From: a virus
Lineage: Duplodnaviria > Caudoviricetes
Strand: one strand, 5' to 3'
Length of the DNA stretch: 64,000 nucleotides
Virus record (IMG/VR): IMGVR_UViG_3300037484_000250
Span: 1 to 64,000 of that record
Of this stretch, positions 45,338 to 52,864 are shown in pieces (position 1 is the first letter of the stretch; each line of letters starts with the position of its first letter). A model generated the notes under the pieces. It made no database searches and was not told the DNA's origin. It worked only from the letters and a program-made list of their open reading frames with translations. The translations under genes were made by a program, and so were the position numbers.

Positions 45338-46321
45338 GTGAGCGATTTGCCGAATCCAACGCTTAGTGACGTTCACGTAGACCGTGCATTAACCAACATT
45401 TCAATTGCGTATATCCAAGACACAGAGCGAAATTTTATCGCAAATAAAGTATTCCCGATCGTGCCTGTTACCAATAAGAGTGATAGGTATTTTATTTTTT
45501 CACAGGCTGATTTCTTCCGAAACGAAGCTAAAGTCAGAGCGCCGGGGGCTGAAACTGCGGGCGGAGGATATAGATTAAGTACAGACAATTATAATTGTGA
45601 TGTACTTGGTTATCATGCAGATCTTGACGATCAGACTCGGGCTAATGCTGATCAACCTCTTCAACTTGAAAGATCTCACACAGTTTATGTAACTCAGCAA
45701 CTCCTTCTTAAACGTGAGGTTGAGTGGGTCAGTCATTTCTTCACAACTGGTTTATGGACTGGATCGACAACGGGTACAGATTTAGTCGGTGCTGTGGACT
45801 TTACCCAATGGGATAATATTGTTAGTACTCCTATTGAGGATATCACTAATCAAGCTGATAGTATTTCTAGGAAAACTGGATATAGACCTAATTGTTTAGT
45901 TCTAGGGCCAGAAGTTTATACAACATTGAAAAATCATCCAGACATCCTTGACCGCGTTAAGTATACCCAAAAAGGAGTTATCACGGAAGATATCTTGGCA
46001 GTTCTGTTTGATGTTGAGCGTGTGCTTGTACCAAGAGCTGTACAGAATACGGCTGCAGAGACAGCTACTGCAACTTATGCATTCATCTATGGGAAGAATG
46101 CTTTCCTTGGATATTCAGCACCAGCGCCCGGTCTTTATCAACCTTCGGCTGGATATCTGTTCACTTGGCAGGGTCTATTCGGAGCAGGAGCAGAGGGTGT
46201 CAGGATCAAGAATTTCCGTGTAGAAGTAAATGCAGCTAATCGTATTGAGGGTGAATCTGCATGGTCGATGAAAGTTGTTGGTGCAGATCTTGGTTGTTTC
46301 TTCTCGGCAGCTATAGTTTAG
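45338..46321 (+). CDS. Major capsid protein
   Basis: VHVDRALTNISIAY.Q, FIA.KVFP.VPV, PN.LVLG..VY..LKNHP; about 330 aa; terminator follows. Confidence 0.88.
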   Translation: MSDLPNPTLSDVHVDRALTNISIAYIQDTERNFIANKVFPIVPVTNKSDRYFIFSQADFFRNEAKVRAPGAETAGGGYRLSTDNYNCDVLGYHADLDDQTRANADQPLQLERSHTVYVTQQLLLKREVEWVSHFFTTGLWTGSTTGTDLVGAVDFTQWDNIVSTPIEDITNQADSISRKTGYRPNCLVLGPEVYTTLKNHPDILDRVKYTQKGVITEDILAVLFDVERVLVPRAVQNTAAETATATYAFIYGKNAFLGYSAPAPGLYQPSAGYLFTWQGLFGAGAEGVRIKNFRVEVNAANRIEGESAWSMKVVGADLGCFFSAAIV

Positions 46322-46341
46322 GCATATATTAAAAGAAATGG

Positions 46342-46380
46342 AAATGACCCAAACCGTAATAAGTTTAGGGTCATTTTTGT
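46342..46380 (+). terminator. Intrinsic terminator after the major capsid gene
   Basis: AAATGACCCAAAC..GTTTAGGGTCATTT plus T-run. Confidence 0.8.
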
Positions 46381-46416
46381 TTCGATATTCATTTTCATGG
46401 GAGGTGAAATCCGAAG

Positions 46417-46803
46417 ATGGGGTTTGAAAAAGAACAACGTCCAGCTATGAAAACATTCGATGAAAGATACAGAATTCAGGCGATAACCAGCACAGCGACA
46501 ACTATTCTTGGATATGGTGTTACTACTTTGTCATCTACTAAACCGGGGACATTAACATTTAATATTGAACCACCACTCTTTGCGGGGGCAGATAAGACCA
46601 TCATTGCATTAGTGCAGTCGGGTTCGTCGTCGATCTATAAAGTTATCCCGAATACTACAACAATTTTTTATGGTTCAACTTCATCTAGCACAGGAAGAGT
46701 CATAGCATTCAGTGCGCCGGGAGAGGTTGTTCAATTAATTGCTGTATCAGCGACTAAGTACCAAGTCGTTTCGAATTTATCAAGCACATTTGGTACGACT
46801 TAA
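46417..46803 (+). CDS. Ser/Thr-rich structural hypothetical protein
   Basis: GGAGG RBS; TSTATT, GSTSSSTG, SSTFGTT. Confidence 0.7.
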   Translation: MGFEKEQRPAMKTFDERYRIQAITSTATTILGYGVTTLSSTKPGTLTFNIEPPLFAGADKTIIALVQSGSSSIYKVIPNTTTIFYGSTSSSTGRVIAFSAPGEVVQLIAVSATKYQVVSNLSSTFGTT

Positions 46804-46847
46804 AGAAATGAAATTATTAATATTGAGGAAAGGAGGAGAAATATAAA

Positions 46848-48149
46848 GTGGGCAATGAGTATATTAAAAGGCCAATCTATTCAAATATGCTTAGGAATCT
46901 TCCATCAACTGACAGCTATTTATTTTCAGATGGAGATATTAATTTGCAACTGCGTTCCACGGCTGGGGTTACAAAAGTAAGCATATTAAATGCTTCAACA
47001 GTCGAAGTTGCTAGTATTAATTCTCTAGGAGTTGCAAGTTTTACTGGTCTTGCTGCCACAAGTGATTTTGATGTAACTGGAAGTTTTACTGTTAACACGG
47101 ATGATTTTGTAGTTTCTGCAACATCTGATATATCGATGAAACCTACTGGTGGAGATGTAAAGATCACATTAGGGGATGCAGCAGGAGCAAGGAAATTCTT
47201 CATCAAAGATTCAGCGAATAGTACTGTGGCAACGATTGATTCAGATGGTACGGCTACAGTGATTAAGTTAACGGCAAGTAGCGACATTTCGGGTCAGTCG
47301 GTGAGTGCAACAAGTAATCTTTCCAGCGTTAATTTAACAATTAACACGGATGATTTTGTAGTATCTGGAACATCAGATATATCAATGCTCCCCACTGGTG
47401 GAAATGTGAAGATCACATTAGGGGATGCTCTAGGTGCTAAAAAATTCTTCATCAAAGATTCAGCTAATAGTACAGTGGCAACTATCGATTCAGACGGTAC
47501 AGCTACAGTCGTTAAATTGACAGCAAGCAGTGACATTTCCGGTCAATCGGTCAGCGCATCGAGTAATCTTTCAGGTGTTCACCTTGCAGCAACATCCGAT
47601 GCAGCGATCACTGGTGCATTAACAGCACGGTCTGTTTCTTCATCGAGTAATCTTTCAGGTGCTCACCTTGCAGCAACATCCGATGCAGCGATCACTGGTG
47701 CATTAACAGCGAGGAGTGTTTCTTCATCGAGCAATCTTTCAGGTGCTCATGTGACAGCAAGTTCTAATTTCGTAGCTACTGGTTTTGTGCAAGGTGGAGG
47801 TTTTGTTGATTCTTATCTTGCTAAAACTACGGCAACGGTAGGAACGGCTATTCCTAATAAAGGACTCACGTCGTTGGCACAAGTAAACACGACCCAAGTA
47901 ACATGGACGTTGGAAGATCCTACGGCAGCAGGATTTCTTAAAACAATTTTCGTGCTTAGTCAAATTGGTACTACGGCAAGAACTTTCATATTACCAGCAT
48001 CGACAAAGACAGTTTTCTCTTCATCTCAAGGATCTACAGGTAGAAAAATTACATTCGATGTTGCAAGAGAAGCGGTTTCCATGGTGAGTGCATCGACAAC
48101 TACATGGCTAGTTTATAATAGCCAATTCGGTGCATTTGGATCATCATAA
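46848..48149 (+). CDS. Ser/Thr-rich repeat protein (head fibre/decoration candidate)
   Basis: Two ~80-aa repeats (VNTDDFVVS.TSDISM.PTGG..KITLGDA.GA.KFFIKDSANST) and ~28-aa repeats (SSSNLSG.HLAATSDAAITGALTARSV). Confidence 0.75.
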   Translation: MGNEYIKRPIYSNMLRNLPSTDSYLFSDGDINLQLRSTAGVTKVSILNASTVEVASINSLGVASFTGLAATSDFDVTGSFTVNTDDFVVSATSDISMKPTGGDVKITLGDAAGARKFFIKDSANSTVATIDSDGTATVIKLTASSDISGQSVSATSNLSSVNLTINTDDFVVSGTSDISMLPTGGNVKITLGDALGAKKFFIKDSANSTVATIDSDGTATVVKLTASSDISGQSVSASSNLSGVHLAATSDAAITGALTARSVSSSSNLSGAHLAATSDAAITGALTARSVSSSSNLSGAHVTASSNFVATGFVQGGGFVDSYLAKTTATVGTAIPNKGLTSLAQVNTTQVTWTLEDPTAAGFLKTIFVLSQIGTTARTFILPASTKTVFSSSQGSTGRKITFDVAREAVSMVSASTTTWLVYNSQFGAFGSS

Positions 48150-48200
48150 ATATTAGATCTATGATATAGGATCAGTCTAAAAGATATAAGGGAGGGATAA

Positions 48201-48233
48201 GGGCAATCCTTCGGGGGGAGATGCCCATTTATT
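48201..48233 (+). terminator. Hairpin/terminator
   Basis: GGGCA-ATCC-TTCG-GGG..TGCCC then ATTTATTT. Confidence 0.55.
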
Positions 48234-48234
48234 T

Positions 48235-49140
48235 ATGAGTGAAAACCAAGTTAAAGAACAAGTTGAAACGGTAGAAATTTCCAATGTAGCGGTTCAGCAA
48301 CCATGTGATGTATCAAAATATGTGGCTGTTAAAGAAGAGATATTGGAATTTAAAAGGTATTCTGATAGTGTTATGATTTTAGGATTTGCACCGGATAGTT
48401 TAAAGTATGCCCCACTTGATGCGAATAATATTGACATATGGGCTTTAAATGAGCTTTACATGGATAAGCCGAAAATTGCTATACGAGCGACAGCGTGGTT
48501 TCAACTTCATGGATATGAACCTCCAAAGATTAGAGATGCACAACAAGTTAAGAATCTATCATTTTTAAAATGTCCAATAATTATGTGGCGGAAACATCCT
48601 AATATTCCAAATTCTATTGAATATCCGTTAAGGGAAATTCTCGAAGAATTTGATATTTATGGGGATGATATGGCCCTCGATCAACCGGACGTTAGGACTA
48701 GGGTATATTTTACGAATAGTATTTCTTGGATGATAGCTCTTGCAATAAAGATGGGTTATAAAGATATCCAGATCTATGGTGTAAACATGGCGCAAGACCA
48801 AGAATTTCAACATCAAAGACCAAGTTGTGAATTCTTTTTAGGCTGGGCAAGAGGAAAGGGAATCAAGATATATAAACCACCAGTTTCGGATTTGCTCTTG
48901 ACTCCTTATTTATATGGCTATGATGATGCTACTGCATACATGCAAAAGCTAGAGGCCCGGCGGATTGAACTCATCGAAAGAGTTGAAGGGACGAGAAGAC
49001 AAAGGATCTCATTCCAAGAACAATCGAATCAGCAATTACAAGCAGAACAGAATTTACTTGGTGCGCTGCATGATGTCGAATATATTATGAGACTTGGAAA
49101 TCCAGTTAAGTTAGATGAATTTTCTAAGCCAAAGGGGTGA
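48235..49140 (+). CDS. Putative sialyltransferase-like (GT42/CstII, GT29/Maf-type fold) glycosyltransferase
   Basis: VMILGFAPDSLK..DIWALNELY and TNSISWMIALAIKMGYKDIQIYGVNM resemble CstII VIIAGNGPSLK..DVFRCNQFY and TSGVYM.AVAIALGYKEIYLSGIDF (recalled from memory). Confidence 0.55.
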   Translation: MSENQVKEQVETVEISNVAVQQPCDVSKYVAVKEEILEFKRYSDSVMILGFAPDSLKYAPLDANNIDIWALNELYMDKPKIAIRATAWFQLHGYEPPKIRDAQQVKNLSFLKCPIIMWRKHPNIPNSIEYPLREILEEFDIYGDDMALDQPDVRTRVYFTNSISWMIALAIKMGYKDIQIYGVNMAQDQEFQHQRPSCEFFLGWARGKGIKIYKPPVSDLLLTPYLYGYDDATAYMQKLEARRIELIERVEGTRRQRISFQEQSNQQLQAEQNLLGALHDVEYIMRLGNPVKLDEFSKPKG

Positions 49141-49400
49141 TCACCTTGAGTGATTTATATTATCTCGTATTAAGAAATGGATATAGATTCAATGATCTTA
49201 TTTTGAAAGCGGGAGAAATTTATACGTCGGCTGATTTCGAAGAAGTTCATGAGCAAAGAAAAGTCGCCTTAGTTCTTGGCAGAATCATTTATCGAGGATC
49301 GTCAGAGGAGGTTAAAAATAAGAGGGAAAAACTGTTTGGGATAATAGAAATTCCAGAAGAAGAATCAAAGGGTGAATCAAAGAAGAAGACGGCTAAATAG
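49137..49400 (+). CDS. Hypothetical head-associated protein
   Basis: Operonic; basic C-terminus. Confidence 0.6.
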   Translation: MITLSDLYYLVLRNGYRFNDLILKAGEIYTSADFEEVHEQRKVALVLGRIIYRGSSEEVKNKREKLFGIIEIPEEESKGESKKKTAK

Positions 49401-49409
49401 CCGTCTTCC

Positions 49410-49865
49410 TTGCTTAGGGAGGTGTTTCACATCACATGGAGTTACCAAGGCTATCCGGCTGATAATCTCAAGGACGAGGTCAGATTTCTTGTAAGGGATA
49501 CAAATTCAAGTGACCAGTTATTAAGTGATGAGGAAATCTATTATTTGCTTACTATTTTCCCAAACCCTTTGGCATCGGCTGCAATGGCGTGTGAAACTCT
49601 TGCTAGTAAATTTGCAAGGGATGCATCCGAAAAGTCGGTCGGTGATCTAAAGATAAATCTGGTTGAAAAAGGAAAAGCATTTAGTGATCAAGCATCAAGG
49701 TTATGGATTCTTTCAAAATTATATCGAGGAAGACCTCAAGTCTATGCGGGCGGAATTTCCGTAGCAGATAAACAGAGTCAGGAACAAAATAGTGACCGCG
49801 TTACACCGGATTTCTACCGTCATATGAATGACTTCCCGGGTACTCAAACAGGTTCATCTAGCTAA
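49410..49865 (+). CDS. Head-tail connector/adaptor protein
   Basis: DEVRFLVRDT..LLSDEEI..AA.ACE.LA.KFA..SVGDL; synteny. Confidence 0.75.
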   Translation: MLREVFHITWSYQGYPADNLKDEVRFLVRDTNSSDQLLSDEEIYYLLTIFPNPLASAAMACETLASKFARDASEKSVGDLKINLVEKGKAFSDQASRLWILSKLYRGRPQVYAGGISVADKQSQEQNSDRVTPDFYRHMNDFPGTQTGSSS

Positions 49866-49881
49866 AAGGGGCTGTTAACAA

Positions 49882-50226
49882 ATGAGTTTTGAACCTGAAT
49901 TTCTTGATTTCATGAAAGATACGTTGATTAAAAATGTAAGGACAGGATATACGGCGTATGGTGCACCTACTTATTCAACAGGGACAACTAGTTATAGGTG
50001 CAGGATCGTTAAGATCCATGAGACGTTCACGATGGATAATGGTGCAGAAAGTTTGCTTGAAAATCTTGTTTATTTAGCATCAACGGACACTTTTGATCCA
50101 GAAGATAGATTCACATTTCCAGATGGATCAACCCCCATTTTAGAAGTTATCGCTGCATACCCAGATGAGGATGGCCCTTATCACCATTTGCAATTGAAAT
50201 TCGGTAATAGGTCGGGGAGGGTGTAA
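49882..50226 (+). CDS. Head closure/stopper protein
   Basis: YGAPTY..YRCRI..EDRFTFPDG; synteny. Confidence 0.65.
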   Translation: MSFEPEFLDFMKDTLIKNVRTGYTAYGAPTYSTGTTSYRCRIVKIHETFTMDNGAESLLENLVYLASTDTFDPEDRFTFPDGSTPILEVIAAYPDEDGPYHHLQLKFGNRSGRV

Positions 50227-50628
50227 ATGGCTAGAGGAATAACTTTTACATTCACTGGAATCAATGAGACGATTCTTAATTTGAATAGAATGTCGGTTGA
50301 ATTGATGCCAATTATAGCGGGTGCTTTAAATCAAGAGCATGAAACAATAATGACGATGGCGAAGGAAAGGACTCCCGTTCTTACAGGAGCATTAAGGTCT
50401 TCGGGTCATATTGTTCAACCTCGTATCACGGGGAGAACAGTTAAAAGTCTTGGAGCATTCGGAGGGACAGCAGCACCTTATGCAGTAAGGGTTCATGAGA
50501 ATCTATCTGCATTTCATTCGAATGGTCGTTCCAAGTTTTATGAGAGTGCTTCATTGGAACGGAAGAGTAAAGTTAAGATTACGATTAAAGGTGCTATCTC
50601 TAGATACTTAGCATCTAGGGCTATATAA
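50227..50628 (+). CDS. HK97 gp10-like tail completion protein
   Basis: AKERTPVLTGALRSS, YAVRVHE, KFYES. Confidence 0.8.
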   Translation: MARGITFTFTGINETILNLNRMSVELMPIIAGALNQEHETIMTMAKERTPVLTGALRSSGHIVQPRITGRTVKSLGAFGGTAAPYAVRVHENLSAFHSNGRSKFYESASLERKSKVKITIKGAISRYLASRAI

Positions 50629-50644
50629 GGAAGGTGAATGGACA

Positions 50645-51061
50645 ATGTTATTGGATGAGGTTGCTAAACACCTTCAACTAAATTCTATTGGAACGGTTGG
50701 TACGAATATTTTTAAATCGTATTCTCCTAATTTACCGGATACTCTTTTATGCGTTTATGAGACTGGTGGGTTTAGACCGCAGGATAGTTTCGGATCGACA
50801 TGTGAAGCAGTGTGGGAAAATCCTAGAATTCAAATAGTGTCAAGGTCTACTGATTATGAGGTAGCTAGAAACAAGGCGGAGGATGCTTATAGAGTTTTGA
50901 TTAGGGTAACAAATGAAGTTTTAAAAGCTTCAAGTTCTGACGCTGGGACTTTTTATCTAAGAATAAATGCTATTCAATCCCCTTTCAGGATGGGAGTAGA
51001 TGAAAATTCTAGGAATTTGGTAGCTTGTAACTTCGATGTCATGAAGTCATTCTCTACTTAA
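50645..51061 (+). CDS. Tail terminator/minor capsid-family protein
   Basis: P..PD..LCVYETGG..P, P.IQIVSR, A.QSPF.MG.DEN.R. Confidence 0.75.
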   Translation: MLLDEVAKHLQLNSIGTVGTNIFKSYSPNLPDTLLCVYETGGFRPQDSFGSTCEAVWENPRIQIVSRSTDYEVARNKAEDAYRVLIRVTNEVLKASSSDAGTFYLRINAIQSPFRMGVDENSRNLVACNFDVMKSFST

Positions 51062-51082
51062 AAAGGAAGGAGGGGGTAGGAT

Positions 51083-51790
51083 TTGGCAACTCATGGTAAG
51101 CATGCAAGGACATATATTAATGGATTTGATTTGAGTGCTTATCTAAATAGTTTTGGAGTAGCACAAACGGCGGATACAGCAGAAACTAGTGTATTTAGTT
51201 CTAGCGACAAAACTTATGTAGTAGGACTTAGAGATGCGACAGTATCGGCAGAAGGATTTTTTGCGGGTAGTACATTCGAATCTGATTATGTCTTTGATCA
51301 AGTTTTAGGATCGACAAATATATGGTCATATTATCCGGCTGGGCCAGCACTTAGTAATGCTGGATATGGTATTAAGTCAATCGAAAATTCTTATGAAATA
51401 ATGAGTCCTATTGATGGTGTTGTTTCTGTTACTGTTGAAGGTCAAGCAATATTAGGAGCAGACAGAATTCTATCACACCATGACCTTATTGCAGAAAGTA
51501 CTACTGGCAGTGAAACATCTATTGATGCAACTGCTTCGAGTACGAAAGGTGCAACTGGTTATTTACAAGTAACAGGATTTACGTTGGGACAAACTGCTCA
51601 AATTGTAATCGAAGAATCTTCAGCAGGAACGTCATGGGCGACACTAATATCATTTTCATCCGGTGGAAGTATAGGTGCTCAAAGGGCTATTTCGTCAAGT
51701 GGGACAGTTAAACGTTTCACTAGGGCAGCATGGACTGTGTCATCTAGTAGCGGATCAGTGACATTTAATGTCGGCATGAAAAGAAGATAA
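51083..51790 (+). CDS. Tail tube-like protein 1 with C-terminal extra domain
   Basis: MATHGK..ETSVF.SS.K.Y..GLRDAT.S.EG; paralogue of the next gene. Confidence 0.7.
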   Translation: MATHGKHARTYINGFDLSAYLNSFGVAQTADTAETSVFSSSDKTYVVGLRDATVSAEGFFAGSTFESDYVFDQVLGSTNIWSYYPAGPALSNAGYGIKSIENSYEIMSPIDGVVSVTVEGQAILGADRILSHHDLIAESTTGSETSIDATASSTKGATGYLQVTGFTLGQTAQIVIEESSAGTSWATLISFSSGGSIGAQRAISSSGTVKRFTRAAWTVSSSSGSVTFNVGMKRR

Positions 51791-51809
51791 TTGGAAGGAG
51801 TTGTTTTAA

Positions 51810-52223
51810 TTGGCTGTTCATGGTAAAAATGCGGGATTTTCAATTACAGATACTGGCGGAACTCCTAGATTATTGAATTGTTGGATTACGAGTGTTTCGT
51901 TTCCGAGAACAAATGACACGGTTGAAACTTCTGTTTTCTGTAGTTCGGCAAAAGAATATATTGCTGGGCTTAGAGATGCGACTATATCTATTGAAGGGAT
52001 ATGGTCAACAACGCCAGACCAATATTTAAGTGGAATACTTGGAACATCTGCAGCATTTGCATATTATCCCGGGACTACAGCGCCAGTCGCTGGTAAATAT
52101 GCGAAGTATACAGGTAATTGTTTTGAGACGAGCTATGAAGTGCCGACTGCGATCGATGCTGCAGCTACATTCACGGCTGAATTTCAAGTGACAGGGTTAG
52201 TTACGAGGTCAACGGTGGCATAA
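51810..52223 (+). CDS. Major tail tube protein
   Basis: MAVHGK..ETSVF.SS.KEYIAGLRDATISIEG..F...FQVTG.VT; precedes the tail assembly chaperone. Confidence 0.75.
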   Translation: MAVHGKNAGFSITDTGGTPRLLNCWITSVSFPRTNDTVETSVFCSSAKEYIAGLRDATISIEGIWSTTPDQYLSGILGTSAAFAYYPGTTAPVAGKYAKYTGNCFETSYEVPTAIDAAATFTAEFQVTGLVTRSTVA

Positions 52224-52257
52224 GTTTTTTTAAAAAATTTGGTGGGGGGATATTTAT

Positions 52258-52608
52258 ATGGGAAAGAAAAGGTTATCGGCAGTAGAAATCTTGGCAGTTT
52301 CAAATTTGCAAGAAAAAGAAATCGAAATACCTCAGTGGGATGGGAATGTAATGATCCGGGAATTCAGCAAAGCGAAACAACAGCAAATTAGAAAAGAAGC
52401 GACGATGTCAGATGTTATTGATGTTGATAAACTTGAATTATTAATGTTCATCCATGGAGTAATAGATCCAGTGTTTTCGGAACAAGATTATTATAGTTTG
52501 CGGGAAAAATCTGCGGTAGCAATTGATGCAGTTTTAAAAGAAATTATGGCTATATCGGGATTGAATGAGACAGCCATAAAAGAAGCGGAGAAACAGTTTC
52601 GCCCTTGA
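52258..52608 (+). CDS. Tail assembly chaperone (G)
   Basis: EIEIPQWDGNV.IR..S; ends AEKQFRP; between tail tube and tape measure genes. Confidence 0.8.
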   Translation: MGKKRLSAVEILAVSNLQEKEIEIPQWDGNVMIREFSKAKQQQIRKEATMSDVIDVDKLELLMFIHGVIDPVFSEQDYYSLREKSAVAIDAVLKEIMAISGLNETAIKEAEKQFRP

Positions 52609-52777
52609 TGCAGATTTTAGATTCGAATTTATGTTAGCAAGAGATTTAGGTATGACTGTAGGCGAAATAAGAAGAACGATGAGTACGACTGAATTTTATC
52701 AATGGACAGCATTTTATTCTTATGAACAGAAGATGAGAAAAGCAGAAGAAGCAAAGGCAAAGGGTAGGAGAAGATAA
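52598..52777 (+). CDS. Tail assembly chaperone T segment in +1 frame (not in ORF track)
   Basis: FALDADFRFEFMLARDLGMTVGEIRRTMSTTEFYQWTAFYSYEQK..RRR; overlaps the G end at TTT-CGC. Confidence 0.75.
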   Translation, partial: FALDADFRFEFMLARDLGMTVGEIRRTMSTTEFYQWTAFYSYEQKMRKAEEAKAKGRRR

Positions 52778-52820
52778 ATCTTTCAATCTTTAATTAGATT
52801 TGGAGGGTTTATCTTTTTTC
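52773..52820 (+). terminator. Hairpin/terminator before the tape measure gene
   Basis: GATAAATCTTTCAATCT..AGATTTGGAGGGTTTATC plus T-run. Confidence 0.5.
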
Positions 52821-52864
52821 GGAATTAAAGTTCTTTTGAAAGTGACGAAAGTTGGTGGTGATTC

